From: a virus
Direction: 5' to 3' (one strand)
Length of the DNA: 64,000 nucleotides
IMG/VR virus record: IMGVR_UViG_3300046171_000227
Span: 1-64,000 of that record
Shown: positions 8,425 to 18,560 of the stretch, piece after piece
Layout of the letters: each line of letters opens with the position of its first letter
How positions within the stretch are numbered: position 1 is the first letter of the stretch
Notes under the pieces: model-generated
The model's database searches: none
Told to the model about the DNA's origin: nothing
The model's input: the letters and a program-made list of their open reading frames with translations, nothing else
Made by a program: the position numbers and the translations under genes

Positions 8425-8751
8425 TCAACGCTCAATGTAACTAAGGTTATGGTTCTCCGATTTTAACTGATAAATGATAATATCGCAACCTATCTTAGGT
8501 TCAGCGTTACCACATGTAAATATATCCACTGCTGCTTCTCCTTTTTCAGGCCAAGAATGAATACTGATATGACTCTCAGAGAGAAGACAAACAGCAGTTA
8601 CGCCATGCGGTTCAAACTTTTTTGAAATAGTCTGAATAACAGTTGCACCACTTGCCTCAGCAGCGATCTCCAACAATTCTCTTAGATATGTTTCATTGTT
8701 AAGATAGTCAAAATCACATCCATAAAGATTAAGGAGATAATGCTTTCCCAT
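8425..8751 (-). CDS. speD: S-adenosylmethionine decarboxylase proenzyme
   Basis: MGKHYLLNLYGC, KFEPHGVT, LLSESHISIHSWPE self-cleavage motif, DIFTCG. Confidence 0.92.
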   Translation of the reverse strand: MGKHYLLNLYGCDFDYLNNETYLRELLEIAAEASGATVIQTISKKFEPHGVTAVCLLSESHISIHSWPEKGEAAVDIFTCGNAEPKIGCDIIIYQLKSENHNLSYIER

Positions 8752-8969
8752 TATTCTATTGCTTCTGAGTCGATACCATATTCGTTAACCAAGCGATCAA
8801 CTTCTGTTTCGATTCCAGAAAGTTTAGATAATTCAGCGATATTTGATTTTTGAAATTTCTTTAGTTTTTTGTATTTCTTGATGAGTTTTCCAACTTCATC
8901 AGTGTCTATTTCAAACCTAACGTTTCCATTTTTATCAGAGCCGTTAGTAAATCCTTTGAACCCTGTCAT
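8751..8969 (-). CDS. Hypothetical protein
   Basis: Start placed at MTGFKGF, coupled to the upstream stop. Confidence 0.55.
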   Translation of the reverse strand: MTGFKGFTNGSDKNGNVRFEIDTDEVGKLIKKYKKLKKFQKSNIAELSKLSGIETEVDRLVNEYGIDSEAIE

Positions 8970-9238
8970 TATTTTTTCTTCTTTTCTTTTGGAGGAGGAT
9001 TGCCCCAAAGTTTTGGATTAGCTCTTCCCTCAGATTGCACCATGGTTACAAAATTTTCTCTATACTTATCATAATAAGCATCAAAGATTTTTGATTGTTT
9101 TGCTCCAACAACTAAATCGTAGTGCTCTACATCATCTACTTTATATGTGACAAGGTAGCAACTATTAGGAAGATCTGTCTTGTTGTCCACATTAGGATCA
9201 CAATCCTCTTTAATAATTTTCAACTGCGTCCACCCCAT
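8969..9238 (-). CDS. Hypothetical protein
   Basis: ORF in operon context. Confidence 0.6.
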   Translation of the reverse strand: MGWTQLKIIKEDCDPNVDNKTDLPNSCYLVTYKVDDVEHYDLVVGAKQSKIFDAYYDKYRENFVTMVQSEGRANPKLWGNPPPKEKKKK

Positions 9239-9786
9239 TGAATGTCAGGATATGCCTGTTTCACTACATCATAAGTGATTTTGTATTTCTCTGCAAGTTT
9301 TTTGTCCTTTACCAGACAAAGAACTTCAGCTTCCCGTGGATGCAAACCACGAAGAAGATTGATAAACATCATCTCTCTGCGAATATTACTGAGAGAATCA
9401 TTGCCACCTTTCACAAAATTGTAAAGGTTTTTATATTCTCTACGTAGTGAAGTCTTACCTCTACCGTCCAGATCTTGTCCTGTCGCAGACTCTCCACCCT
9501 TTGCTTCCCGTGCCAGATTTTCAGATAAGGTTCCAGAGTAAACAGATTGATCATTACCATCTGCATATGGAACCTCACCCTCAGGAACAAGACTAATAAC
9601 AGTTTCATCAAAGTTCCAAATGAAGATGCTTTTTAGTGCATCATTTTGATATTCCTGAAGAACCTCAACTTTCTTTGCTTTTGCTCTTTGCTTGCTTGCA
9701 AGTTCAAGAATTTCAAAGAGAAAAGGGTTGGGTGGTAACTCAACCTTCGTCTTCGTCTTCGTCGTTGTCGCCATAATCGTTTTCAA
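9220..9786 (-). CDS. Conserved T4-like phage hypothetical protein
   Basis: RREMMFINLLRGLHPREAEVL motif. Confidence 0.7.
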   Translation of the reverse strand: MKTIMATTTKTKTKVELPPNPFLFEILELASKQRAKAKKVEVLQEYQNDALKSIFIWNFDETVISLVPEGEVPYADGNDQSVYSGTLSENLAREAKGGESATGQDLDGRGKTSLRREYKNLYNFVKGGNDSLSNIRREMMFINLLRGLHPREAEVLCLVKDKKLAEKYKITYDVVKQAYPDIQWGGRS

Positions 9787-9964
9787 ATCGTACTGCTACT
9801 ATTTCATCGGGAAGAATATTCCCATTTTCATCAAACATTTCGGGATGTATATACACTGGTTGTGTAGCATAGACATGTTCTTTTGCCAACCATCCTACCA
9901 TACCTCCAACAAAAAAGAACATTATTGATACCAATGTTCCAATCGTTAATGTTACTGCTAACAT
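9740..9964 (-). CDS. Small membrane protein
   Basis: MLAVTLTIGTLVSIMFFFVGGMVGW...HPEMFDENG. Confidence 0.6.
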   Translation of the reverse strand: MLAVTLTIGTLVSIMFFFVGGMVGWLAKEHVYATQPVYIHPEMFDENGNILPDEIVAVRFENDYGDNDEDEDEG

Positions 9965-9983
9965 TTTTCCATCCTCCGAGAGT

Positions 9984-10211
9984 CTATCTTTTCCGAATAT
10001 CCAAATAAAAATTGAAGTGGAAAACAATATCTCTCTTGAAGAGAGAAACCATGTTTCCAAACCTTACCTGGAAAGTTTTGGGCGGTTCTGCTCTCCTCCT
10101 ATTTCTGAGTAATAACTCTACCCCACGATTAAGTTGGGTATCTGATTTATTTAGAGCGTTTAGTTTTCCGTCCTGGCCTTCTATCATAACTATACCTTTC
10201 AGCGTCTTCAA
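9984..10211 (-). CDS. Hypothetical protein
   Basis: LNRGVELLLRNRR segment; the true start may be further downstream. Confidence 0.5.
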   Translation of the reverse strand: MKTLKGIVMIEGQDGKLNALNKSDTQLNRGVELLLRNRRRAEPPKTFQVRFGNMVSLFKRDIVFHFNFYLDIRKR

Positions 10212-10500
10212 GGATACCTTCTAAAAATTGTTTGATTTTTCTTGCTTGTGGTTTGGGAATGTGTCCATAAGCTTCACGAAGTTGCTTATGTTCATTATCC
10301 TGTCCACCTTTTAAATATTCGTCCAATTCAAGGATCATATCTTTGATTTCTTTAAAAGTACTGCTTGCAATAAATTCATCAGCATCCTTTCTCTTTGCAT
10401 CAATAACCCTAAGATAATCATAGAATTTCAACTGAAATTTTTGTTGCTCAAAAGCAACATCAATTGATTGTTCGACGACTTCGTAGACTTCTCGATCCAT
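10147..10500 (-). CDS. Conserved cyanophage hypothetical protein
   Basis: QLREAYGHIPKPQARKI. Confidence 0.65.
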   Translation of the reverse strand: MDREVYEVVEQSIDVAFEQQKFQLKFYDYLRVIDAKRKDADEFIASSTFKEIKDMILELDEYLKGGQDNEHKQLREAYGHIPKPQARKIKQFLEGILEDAERYSYDRRPGRKTKRSK

Positions 10501-10739
10501 TAAACCAGATTGTTTTCTCTTAAGTACTTGACTGTTTCTTGACATCCACCAATTAAATCATCATTAAGTACAACACGAGGAAAGGTAGATCCTTTTCCAA
10601 ACTGTTCATAAAACTCTGCTCTAGTAAAGTCCCTACCCAATTTATACTCTACAAATTGCTGTTCTGCAAGTCCGAGAGCAGCGATTACTTTAGTGCAATA
10701 GGGACAACCAATCTTTGTGTAAACTAGAAAACTTCTCAT
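10500..10739 (-). CDS. Glutaredoxin
   Basis: CPYC, TFPRV, IGGC. Confidence 0.9.
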   Translation of the reverse strand: MRSFLVYTKIGCPYCTKVIAALGLAEQQFVEYKLGRDFTRAEFYEQFGKGSTFPRVVLNDDLIGGCQETVKYLRENNLV

Positions 10740-11382
10740 TTTTTAACGGACTCCCAATCTTTATCAAAAATTTCTAAACCTTTGTCAGGTGAGAATGTGA
10801 TCATACATTTGATCAAATACCTTTGGGGGCATTGTGCAAATCTCAGCACCATTATACCATGAACGGATTGCTCTTTGCACACTACGGATAGAAGCAGATA
10901 GAACCTGAGTTTTCATTCCATGAATGCGATACAACTCAGAAATAGAGCGCACAACTTCAAGTCCTGCCACTGACTGATCGTCCAGTCGTCCTACAAATGG
11001 AGAGACATAAGTAGCACCCGCTTTGGCAGATAGAACCGCCTGTGAGGCGCAGAAAATCAAAGTGACGTTAACCTTGATACCCTTGCTCCGAAAGACGCTT
11101 ACAGACGATTAGGCCCTCTCTGGTGCAAGGAACTTTGATAGTAGCGACATCACCAAACTTCTCAGCAAGTCGAATCCCCTCATCATACATTTCTAGATCA
11201 GAACCAACGACTTCCATGCTGATGTCTTTGACACCCATGTCTTTGATTTCTTGGTAAACATCCTCTGGATTTTTACCACTCTTCATAATGAGAGTTGGAT
11301 TAGTAGTTACGCCGTCTACTAACCCTGTAGAAAAATACTTTGCGATCACATCTGTGTCCGCAGTATCAAGAAAAATTTTCAT
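10736..11382 (-). CDS. talC: Transaldolase TalC (two apparent +1 indels at ~11081 and ~10788)
   Basis: MKIFLDTAD, GVTTNPTL, IKVP, YVSPFVGRLDD, SASIR; removing two single bases restores one ORF. Confidence 0.9.
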
Positions 11383-11573
11383 TTAGACAGATACTCCTTC
11401 TCTGATTTATACAAGAATGATTTTTCCTTGTCAAAAAACATTGTAATACCAACACGAAGTTCTGGCAATAACCATTCATGAACAGGCAAACAATATTGCC
11501 AATTTGCAGGTTGAATGCAATTCATAACAACCACTGTCCAGAATGCTGAAACATGATTGATAATTGTAAGCAT
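11379..11573 (-). CDS. Hypothetical protein
   Basis: FWTVVVMNCIQPANWQYCLPVHEWLLP. Confidence 0.6.
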   Translation of the reverse strand: MLTIINHVSAFWTVVVMNCIQPANWQYCLPVHEWLLPELRVGITMFFDKEKSFLYKSEKEYLSK

Positions 11574-11597
11574 AAAAAAGAGGGGTTATCCCCTCTA
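11574..11597 (-). terminator. Rho-independent terminator
   Basis: AGAGGG(G)-ATAA-(C)CCCTCT followed by a T run on the minus strand. Confidence 0.65.
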
Positions 11598-11630
11598 GTA
11601 TATCATATAAAAAAATAAATTCAATAATTT

Positions 11631-11843
11631 TTACTCGTCTTCATATAATTTTTCCAGTCTTTCTCTAGATAGATCTACATACAAAACCTCATCTCCTTCT
11701 TTTGGTGCTTCTGGATGTTTTGGTATAGGAGGTTCATCCATCATCATATTAATGGATTGGATGTTACTCCACATCATCGCAAAAGCACCACCAGCGATGA
11801 TAGCAAAGCAAAGAAAGTAGAAGAAGACTTCAAAGTTATTCAT
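11631..11843 (-). CDS. DUF2973-like small membrane protein
   Basis: Transmembrane helix followed by HPEAPKEGDEVLYV. Confidence 0.55.
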   Translation of the reverse strand: MNNFEVFFYFLCFAIIAGGAFAMMWSNIQSINMMMDEPPIPKHPEAPKEGDEVLYVDLSRERLEKLYEDE

Positions 11844-12094
11844 TATGCGTCCTGAAGCGATTGAACTGTGCTGTGAAGTTCTCCAATGTCAAGGAGTCCT
11901 TCAGCACTAAACCAAGGTGCATTTGCCCAACTAAATCCTTCACCCATGGTGCTATCTGGTGCTGTAATATACCAGTGACATTGTACATCGGGTACATCAA
12001 CAGCACACTTACTCCAGTCATCGCTCCATTGAGGGACTTGAACCCACATCACCGTAGCAAACATAAAAGTGAATAATGCTTTAAGGAAATTCAT
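11843..12094 (-). CDS. Hypothetical protein (probably a separate gene from DoxX)
   Basis: Own ATG (MNFLKALF) with SD; WVQVPQWSDDWSKCAVDVPD. Confidence 0.6.
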   Translation of the reverse strand: MNFLKALFTFMFATVMWVQVPQWSDDWSKCAVDVPDVQCHWYITAPDSTMGEGFSWANAPWFSAEGLLDIGELHSTVQSLQDA

Positions 12095-12484
12095 GTAAGT
12101 CCTCCGTTTTATAAGGTGATCTAGTGAGAAGTTGCCCCCACCATTAAGAACAATACACGCTGTGCCTCCCCAGTAAAGGACTAAGAGTTCCAACAAGTAG
12201 ATATTAAATCCAGATGTAATTACAGCATGATAAATCGCAAATGATATTGTACCCAGAATTGCCAGGGCACCCAGACGAGTACCGAGCCCAAAGATAATCA
12301 ACCAACTTCCAACAATCTCAGAGAATGCTGCAAAATATGAGGAGAAGATTGGGAACGGAAGATGCATAGGACGGACAAATGCATCAGCAAAGTTTTCAAT
12401 ATTTTCTAGTTTCTCATATCCATGATGGATAAGCATAGTACCTACCGCCAAGCGAAGTAATAAGAATCCTAGAGATTGAATCAT
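12091..12484 (-). CDS. DoxX-family membrane protein
   Basis: LLLRLAVG...HHGYEKL...[19 protein letters not shown]...GGGNFSLD. Confidence 0.85.
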
Positions 12485-13536
12485 AATGCATTACCTCTTG
12501 GCAATACTTCCTCAGGGAACACGAAGTTCTCATGTGGTTGATCTACTGGTGCCAACCATGCGCGGAGTCCCTCATTAAGAAGAATGTTCTTAGTGTAGAA
12601 CGTTTCAAACTCCGGATCTTCTGATGCCCTTATTTCTTGTGAAACAAAGTCATAAGCGCGAAGGTTGAGAGCAAGGCCAATAATACCGATGGAACTTGTC
12701 CACAAACCCATAACAGGAACAAACAGCATAAAGAAATGCAACCACCTCTTATTACTAAACGCAATACCGAAGATCTGACTCCAGAAGCGGTTTGCTGTAA
12801 CCATTGAATAAGTTTCTTCTTCTTGAGTACTATCAAATGCTTTGAATGTATTTGCCTGTTCACCATCTTCATACAGAGTGTTCTCAACCGTTACGCCGTG
12901 AATAGCACTCAGTAGTGCTCCACCAAGTATACCAGCAACTCCCATCATGTGGAAGGGATTGAGCGTCCAGTTATGAAAGCCCTGGAGGAAGAGAAGGAAG
13001 CGGAAAATCGCCGCGACACCGAAACTCGGCGCAAAGAACCAACTAGACTGTCCGAGTGGATAGATGAGGAAAACAGAGACAAAAACAGCAATAGGCCCAG
13101 AGAACGCAATAGCATTGTACGGACGGATTCCTATAAGACGTGCAAGTTCAAACTGTCGAAGCATGAAACCAATGAGGGCAAATGCACCGTGGAGAGCAAC
13201 AAAGGCCCAAAGCCCTCCAAGTTGGCACCACCGGACAAAGTCTCCTTGAGCCTCAGGGCCCCAAAGTAGAAGAAGAGAATGGCCCATAGCATCAGCAGGC
13301 GTTGACACAGCCGCTGTAAGGAAATTAGCACCCTCAAGATAACTACTTGCAAGTCCGTGAGTGTACCAAGACGTGACAAACGTAGTACCAGTAAGCCAGC
13401 CACCAATTGCGAGATAAGCAGTGGGAAAAAGAAGTAGTCCACTCCAACCCACAAAGACAAAGCGATCGCGTTTAATCCAGTCATCCAGGACATCGAACCA
13501 CCCCCTCGTTGGTTGTTGTAGAGTTGATGTTACCAT
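12481..13536 (-). CDS. psbD: Photosystem II D2 protein
   Basis: Full-length D2 ([11 protein letters not shown] ... [10 protein letters not shown]). Confidence 0.99.
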   Translation of the reverse strand: MVTSTLQQPTRGWFDVLDDWIKRDRFVFVGWSGLLLFPTAYLAIGGWLTGTTFVTSWYTHGLASSYLEGANFLTAAVSTPADAMGHSLLLLWGPEAQGDFVRWCQLGGLWAFVALHGAFALIGFMLRQFELARLIGIRPYNAIAFSGPIAVFVSVFLIYPLGQSSWFFAPSFGVAAIFRFLLFLQGFHNWTLNPFHMMGVAGILGGALLSAIHGVTVENTLYEDGEQANTFKAFDSTQEEETYSMVTANRFWSQIFGIAFSNKRWLHFFMLFVPVMGLWTSSIGIIGLALNLRAYDFVSQEIRASEDPEFETFYTKNILLNEGLRAWLAPVDQPHENFVFPEEVLPRGNAL

Positions 13537-13606
13537 TTTTATTTACCTTTTGTAACTTTACAATAGTATCACAACCAGTAGTGGTATCACTAGAGTTGAA
13601 ATACCT

Positions 13607-13640
13607 ATAAAAAACCCCCCCACGAATGTGAGGGGGTTGA
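13607..13640 (-). terminator. Rho-independent terminator after psbA
   Basis: CCCCCTCAC-ATTC-GTGGGGGGG followed by a T run. Confidence 0.7.
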
Positions 13641-13657
13641 AACTAGCAGGTTGCATA

Positions 13658-14734
13658 TCAACCGATAGAAGGAGCAGTCAGAGCAACAGGAGTTGACTCA
13701 GCAGCAGCAAGATCAAGGGGGAAGTTGTGAGCGTTGCGCTCGTGCATTACTTCCATTCCAAGTCCAGCGCGGTTGAGCACATCTGCCCAGGTGTTCAGAA
13801 CTCGTCCTTGTCCATCAATAATGGACTGGTTAAAGTTGAAACCGTTCAGGTTGAATGCCATGGTACTAACACCAAGAGCGGTGAACCAGATACCAACAAC
13901 AGGCCATGCTGCCAAGAAGAAGTGCAGTGAACGGGAGTTGTTGAATGAAGCATATTGGAAGATCAAGCGTCCAAAGTAACCGTGAGCGGCGACGATGTTG
14001 TAAGTCTCTTCCTCTTGTCCGAACTTGTAACCATAGTTCTGAGACTCAGTTTCAGTGGTTTCACGTACAAGACTGGAAGTAACCAGACTTCCGTGCATAG
14101 CAGAGAAAAGAGATCCACCGAATACCCCAGCAACACCGAGCATGTGGAACGGGTGCATAAGGATATTGTGTTCTGCTTGGAATACAAGCATATAGTTAAA
14201 AGTACCAGAGATACCAAGAGGCATAGCATCGGAGAAACTACCTTGTCCGAAAGGATAAACGAGGAAGACTGCAGATGCAGCAGCGACAGGTGCGCTGTAG
14301 GCAACGCAGATCCAGGGGCGCATACCCAAGCGGTAAGAAAGTTCCCACTCACGTCCCATGTAGGCATAGATGCCGATCAGGAAGTGGAATACTACGAGTT
14401 GGAAAGGGCCACCATTATACAGCCACTCATCGAGAGAGGCGGCTTCCCAGATGGGATAGAAGTGGAGTCCAATTGCGTTGGAAGAGGGAACAACAGCACC
14501 AGAGATGATGTTGTTACCATACATGAGTGAACCAGCGACGGGTTCACGGATGCCATCGATGTCCACAGGGGGAGCAGCGACGAATGCTACGACGAAGCAG
14601 ATGGTTGCTGCCAACAGAGTTGGGATCATCAGAACGCCGAACCAACCGACATACAGACGGTTGTTAGTTGAAGTAACCCACTCGCAGAAAGATTCCCACG
14701 AAGAGGTTTGTTGTCTTGAAAGAGTTGTAGCCAT
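13658..14734 (-). CDS. psbA: Photosystem II D1 protein (Glu130 high-light type), no intron
   Basis: Full-length D1; GREWE; HNFPLDLA. Confidence 0.99.
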   Translation of the reverse strand: MATTLSRQQTSSWESFCEWVTSTNNRLYVGWFGVLMIPTLLAATICFVVAFVAAPPVDIDGIREPVAGSLMYGNNIISGAVVPSSNAIGLHFYPIWEAASLDEWLYNGGPFQLVVFHFLIGIYAYMGREWELSYRLGMRPWICVAYSAPVAAASAVFLVYPFGQGSFSDAMPLGISGTFNYMLVFQAEHNILMHPFHMLGVAGVFGGSLFSAMHGSLVTSSLVRETTETESQNYGYKFGQEEETYNIVAAHGYFGRLIFQYASFNNSRSLHFFLAAWPVVGIWFTALGVSTMAFNLNGFNFNQSIIDGQGRVLNTWADVLNRAGLGMEVMHERNAHNFPLDLAAAESTPVALTAPSIG

Positions 14735-14739
14735 TTTGA

Positions 14740-14860
14740 AAAAGGGTTAGTTATGAGTGCGGGGAACACTAGGTAAAATATTCCAACTCTACCCTCCAGA
14801 GTTGGTATTAGAGGCGTTTTTATACTCCCTAGAGGCCTCGGTTTGTAGAGAGTGATACAA
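14740..14860 (-). ncRNA. Structured psbA leader, probably the PhotoRC-II motif
   Basis: Hairpin CCAACTCT-GGAGGGT-AGAGTTGG, pairing GAGGC/GCCTC and AGTG-TTCCCCG-CACT; located in the cyanophage psbA 5' UTR, where PhotoRC-II occurs. Confidence 0.65.
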
Positions 14861-14893
14861 CTTTACAGAAATTAACATTCTGTGTCGTTGATG

Positions 14894-14927
14894 TATTTAT
14901 AATATACCAGATCTGGGGTGCTGTCAA
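14894..14927 (-). promoter_or_regulatory. Overlapping early (sigma70) and T4 late promoters of psbA
   Basis: TTGACA (14927-14922), 17 nt, TATTAT (14904-14899), overlapping TATAAATA (14901-14894). Confidence 0.75.
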
Positions 14928-15040
14928 CACTTGACGCCACTTATAAAACTGGTTAGACTTGGTTTGTTGTTCTTGAAGATACATTAATACTCTCTAGACA
15001 ATATTGAGATCTAAATAAATATACACTTCGTCTGATAGAT

Positions 15041-15539
15041 ATGAAAAAAGCATTATTAGCTTTTGGAATGTTATTATTGACAGCAAGTTCTGTAAATGCA
15101 GGAGGACTTGTTTCAAAGCACGCATCTAGTGTTCAATTAACTGTTGATGCAGCAAGAGCAACATCTTCTAGAATTGGATCTTCATACAGTATTTCTGGAT
15201 CAAATATAGATACAACTGACGGTTCAACTGCTAATACAGTTTCTGCTGGTACTATTACTACCGGAGTATACAATCCTGGCACTATTGCTGCTACTCAAGA
15301 TACTCCTGGTGCAGCGTTTAGTTTTAGTCAGTCTTATACACAAGCTGATGCAGTTCCAACTGGTGCGGTTACTTTAGGATCAGCACCTAACTTCTCTAGC
15401 GTTACTTCTTATGCTGCTGGTGTTAACACTGATTTAGCAGGTACTGTAACTTCTGCTGGTGTCCTTACGGTGACTGCTGGTGGGAGCTGGTTCTACTGCT
15501 ATCGGCCAATTCGTCAGTGAGATCACTGTTATCGATTGA
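15041..15539 (+). CDS. Secreted/virion-like Gly-Thr-Ala-rich protein (apparent +1 indel at ~15483)
   Basis: Signal peptide and SSVQLTVD motif; the corrected frame ends GQFVSEITVID; AATAAATA upstream. Confidence 0.7.
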
Positions 15540-15550
15540 GGTTAAATATT

Positions 15551-16021
15551 ATGACTAGATTACAAGAGGCAATCAGTTTAGGGTTGGTTCTTGGAATCAT
15601 TCATGGTTTGATTCAACCAGCACACTCCGTACCAGTCGTTCCAAATTTCACTCAGGGCTCAATGACGAGTCATACTGAGACTACATCGAAAGTGACTGAA
15701 ACTATTAATTCAATTGATTATAATACAGGATGGCAATACTCAGTAACTGGAAGCAACGTGTCCAACAACGGACAATCTTTACTACCATCAACGACAAACA
15801 ACAATATAATAGTGAATCCTCTGGGTGGAGCGGAAGGACAGATAACAAGTCCATCTGCTGGACTAGATTTTACCAATTCAAATTTCACGATAACAAACCC
15901 GGGAGAAGCATTTCAGTTTACTCAAACCTACGACGGGCCTGGGGTTTCAAACCAAACAGTGATTCAAAGAGTTACCGAAGTAACAAGCGTAACAGACACA
16001 ACAAGTATCTTTACCCAATAG
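15551..16021 (+). CDS. Secreted hypothetical protein
   Basis: Signal peptide then VPVVPNFTQGSMTSHTET...PGEAFQFTQTY.GPG...TSIFTQ. Confidence 0.75.
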   Translation: MTRLQEAISLGLVLGIIHGLIQPAHSVPVVPNFTQGSMTSHTETTSKVTETINSIDYNTGWQYSVTGSNVSNNGQSLLPSTTNNNIIVNPLGGAEGQITSPSAGLDFTNSNFTITNPGEAFQFTQTYDGPGVSNQTVIQRVTEVTSVTDTTSIFTQ

Positions 16022-17037
16022 CATTATGTCTAACCAATCTTGCGATTGCCCCTGCCACACTGGCGGCAGATGTCGGGGGTGTAAGTGCAACAGCAAATCC
16101 GATAGCTAATTCATCGGGCTCAGTTACCAACCAAGCAATTCAGGTTTTACAGGGCCCATATATTACTAATACTTATGGGGGTGGTATCAGTTGCCAAGGG
16201 CCAACTGCAAACTTCACTCCTTATATTACTCATGCAAGAAACGATAAAGATCCATTTGAAAGATATTATCTAGAACCTCAGTATGATGCTAGAGATTTCA
16301 AAGGAAGAAAAGTAGAAGTTCAAAAGAATGTAAAGAACTGGCCCTGGGAAGACTGGTATAATACTCAAACATATATTAATGAAGAAGGTGAAGAGGTAAG
16401 AGCCTATGAAGATGGGCAGGATATGACTATCACAACCATGGAGGTGCAGGGAGATGGTATTCCTGATAAGCCTGGACAAGTTTTATGGAACAAACCAGTA
16501 AGAACTGGTATGGCAAGAAACTTCAGCACCAGCATTGGTTTATCAGCAACTCTTTCTTTACCTCTTGATGGTGGATTACAAGAGCGTTGTAAGCAAGCAG
16601 CAGAAACACAAATCGCATTACAATCTCAATTACTCGCTAATAAGAGACTTGATTTTGAATTAGCCCGACTCAAGAATTGTGGAGAGTTGATGAAGGCTGG
16701 AATTCGTTTTCATCCACGAAGTCAATATGGTAAAATCTGTGCAGATGTCTTAGTACAAAATGTGAATGTAATCGCACCACATAGACATTCTATTCCTCGT
16801 CCTACTTCTTCTTCGGCGCTACAGAACGAAGCATCTTCAGCGCGTGGTTCCTCTGTCTCTGCTCAGCCCGCCGTTCCCCGGCAGACAATTCCCGGATCTT
16901 CTTACCCCGTAAGGCAGCAACCTTCTTCAATACCTTCTTCACAGTCGGTTTCACCACTTTTAACAAAAGATCAGCAAGAGGTTTTGCGAGCAGTGCCGAA
17001 GTCGTGGCAACCACTGCAATCGACGCCGTTGCCGTGA
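15730..17037 (+). CDS. Secreted/outer-membrane-like hypothetical protein; start uncertain
   Basis: SATANPIANSSGSVTNQAIQVLQGP, YGGGISCQGPT, RLDFELARLKNCGEL; no canonical start next to the signal-like segment near 16000. Confidence 0.7.
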   Translation: MAILSNWKQRVQQRTIFTTINDKQQYNSESSGWSGRTDNKSICWTRFYQFKFHDNKPGRSISVYSNLRRAWGFKPNSDSKSYRSNKRNRHNKYLYPIALCLTNLAIAPATLAADVGGVSATANPIANSSGSVTNQAIQVLQGPYITNTYGGGISCQGPTANFTPYITHARNDKDPFERYYLEPQYDARDFKGRKVEVQKNVKNWPWEDWYNTQTYINEEGEEVRAYEDGQDMTITTMEVQGDGIPDKPGQVLWNKPVRTGMARNFSTSIGLSATLSLPLDGGLQERCKQAAETQIALQSQLLANKRLDFELARLKNCGELMKAGIRFHPRSQYGKICADVLVQNVNVIAPHRHSIPRPTSSSALQNEASSARGSSVSAQPAVPRQTIPGSSYPVRQQPSSIPSSQSVSPLLTKDQQEVLRAVPKSWQPLQSTPLP

Positions 17038-17612
17038 CGGCACCAGGCACTAGGAATATTCTCTAATACTTGAGTAGGTATATCAATATCTCTCTTCACA
17101 GTAATGCAAACCCAGTTGTTCCTTGCATTACTAATCGGTGTTCTACTACTACCTGATCACCAATAACTTTACCAATAGGTTCTGTCAATGCCTGAATGTC
17201 CTGAAGGACAATCAGGTTTTTTTGTCTTAGGAATGTTTGGTGTCTTTGCTTTAGGAACTGCAGGTGGTTTAGGTTCTGGTGCTTTATATGCTGGTGGTTT
17301 GGGTTTTTCTTGTTTTATTTCAATTCTTGATGCGTCATAATCTATGGGATAAAAATTCGGTGCTCCAGCATCACAATAAGTTACCAATCCGTCATCATCA
17401 TCTGCAGTTAGTGTTTGATTTTCACTACTATCTTTATGAGCTTCAACACAACCAGGCAAGTTGACAACCGGAACACCGATTTGCGTTGTAACTGGTGGAT
17501 ATATTGGTAGTGCAGAAGGTGGATTTGTTATGTAATTTGGGATGGATATGTCTGGAATTTTTCTGATTCCATTATTCACATCAGGAATGACTGGTATCAT
17601 CAAAGTAAACAA
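16802..17612 (-). CDS. Hypothetical Pro-rich membrane protein (several apparent indels)
   Basis: ORFs 17169..17612 and 16802..17050 join after single-base corrections. Confidence 0.6.
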
Positions 17613-18104
17613 TATTTAATGCAATTCTCTAATGACATCAGTACATGTTGTACTGAATGTCTATATTGCAGGAAATATACACATCTATTCGCATCTGATT
17701 CTACTTTTGTTCCATTTCAAAACAAGTAAATCCGTTATTAGTGTTCAAATATAAAATAGGTTTTCATTCCATCTCAGTACTCTTCAATAAAACAAATATC
17801 TGATGAAATCCATGAATTATATTTTTCCCCTAAAATAGAATTAACCTTTACTCTCATAAGAGTCTTGCTTCTAATTTGTCCAAACGGGCCTTACAAATTC
17901 AAAATATTGCTGACGGTTCTTCCTCTAGTAAACAGTATGAATATATTGATGATTATAATTTTTATCGCAAATTTGATCAATAAATTCATCATCATAAGAT
18001 TGAACAATACCGAATCTCCAGGGAATATTACCTTCATTAACAGATAGTAATTTTTCAAATAGTTCTTTATCGCAAAAATTGTCAACTATTTTAATTTCAT
18101 TCAT
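17600..18104 (-). pseudogene. Heavily frameshifted 2OG-Fe(II)-oxygenase-like gene
   Basis: Fragments MNEIKIVDNF..., LMRVKVN and NGTKVESDANRCV lie in different frames. Confidence 0.45.
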
Positions 18105-18560
18105 ACTAATGTACCATGTTCTCTACGAATTTCTCTTAATTCTTCAAAGTTTTTTTGTTTTGTTCCACCATCATATGCCCATGCATATCCTTCTTCAATC
18201 ATCTGCTCATTCAACGATGTTTCTCCATCTCCAATATATAACCAACCAAGAAGCCTACCATACTTACCCATACCACCAACCAATTCAGTTCTAATGATGA
18301 GATCGTCGTCTCCAGAAATAGCACCATCTAGTTTCTCCTTCATCCAGTTGGTAGCATCGATACCCAATTTCTTCTCATCAAGATCTCGGGTTCTCTTCTC
18401 CGGTGTGTCTACTCCCGCTATCCTCACTCTCTCCTTCTTGTAAAGATCGAACCCCAGATCGATCGTCACATCTATCGTGTCCCCGTCCACTACTCTGTTG
18501 ATCTCTATCACTCGGAAGTTGTAGCAACTCTTCCGACTCGGGAGGTGTCATCGCTCCCAT
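18101..18560 (-). CDS. Thermonuclease (SNase-like) family nuclease (apparent indel at ~18541)
   Basis: VVDGDTIDV, RVRIAGVDTPE, GKYGRLLG, LNEQMIEEGYA. Confidence 0.85.

Noticed and set aside
10736-11382. Split talC as programmed frameshifting or a pseudogene (likewise zwf, gnd, uvsX)
   Set aside because: No slippery sites or decay; the same one-base pattern recurs in many unrelated genes, so artefact is most parsimonious.
11843-12484. Apparent DoxX fusion to a Trp/Cys-rich domain (213 aa)
   Set aside because: Removing one G from CGGAGGACTTACATGA gives ...KRRLT-stop with an ATGA overlap onto MNFLKA. This matches the AG->AGG error pattern seen elsewhere, so two genes are more likely.
13545-13590. 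NtcA site upstream of psbD
   Set aside because: The palindrome TGTAACTTTACA has GTA-N4-TAC spacing, not the GTA-N8-TAC needed.
13658-14734. Introns or inteins in psbA, nrdA, nrdB or gp41
   Set aside because: All are continuous and of normal length, with no splice or intein motifs seen.
12949-14750. Plus-strand ORFs antisense to psbD/psbA (up to 191 aa)
   Set aside because: Shadow frames of highly conserved, codon-biased genes; no SD or recognisable motifs.
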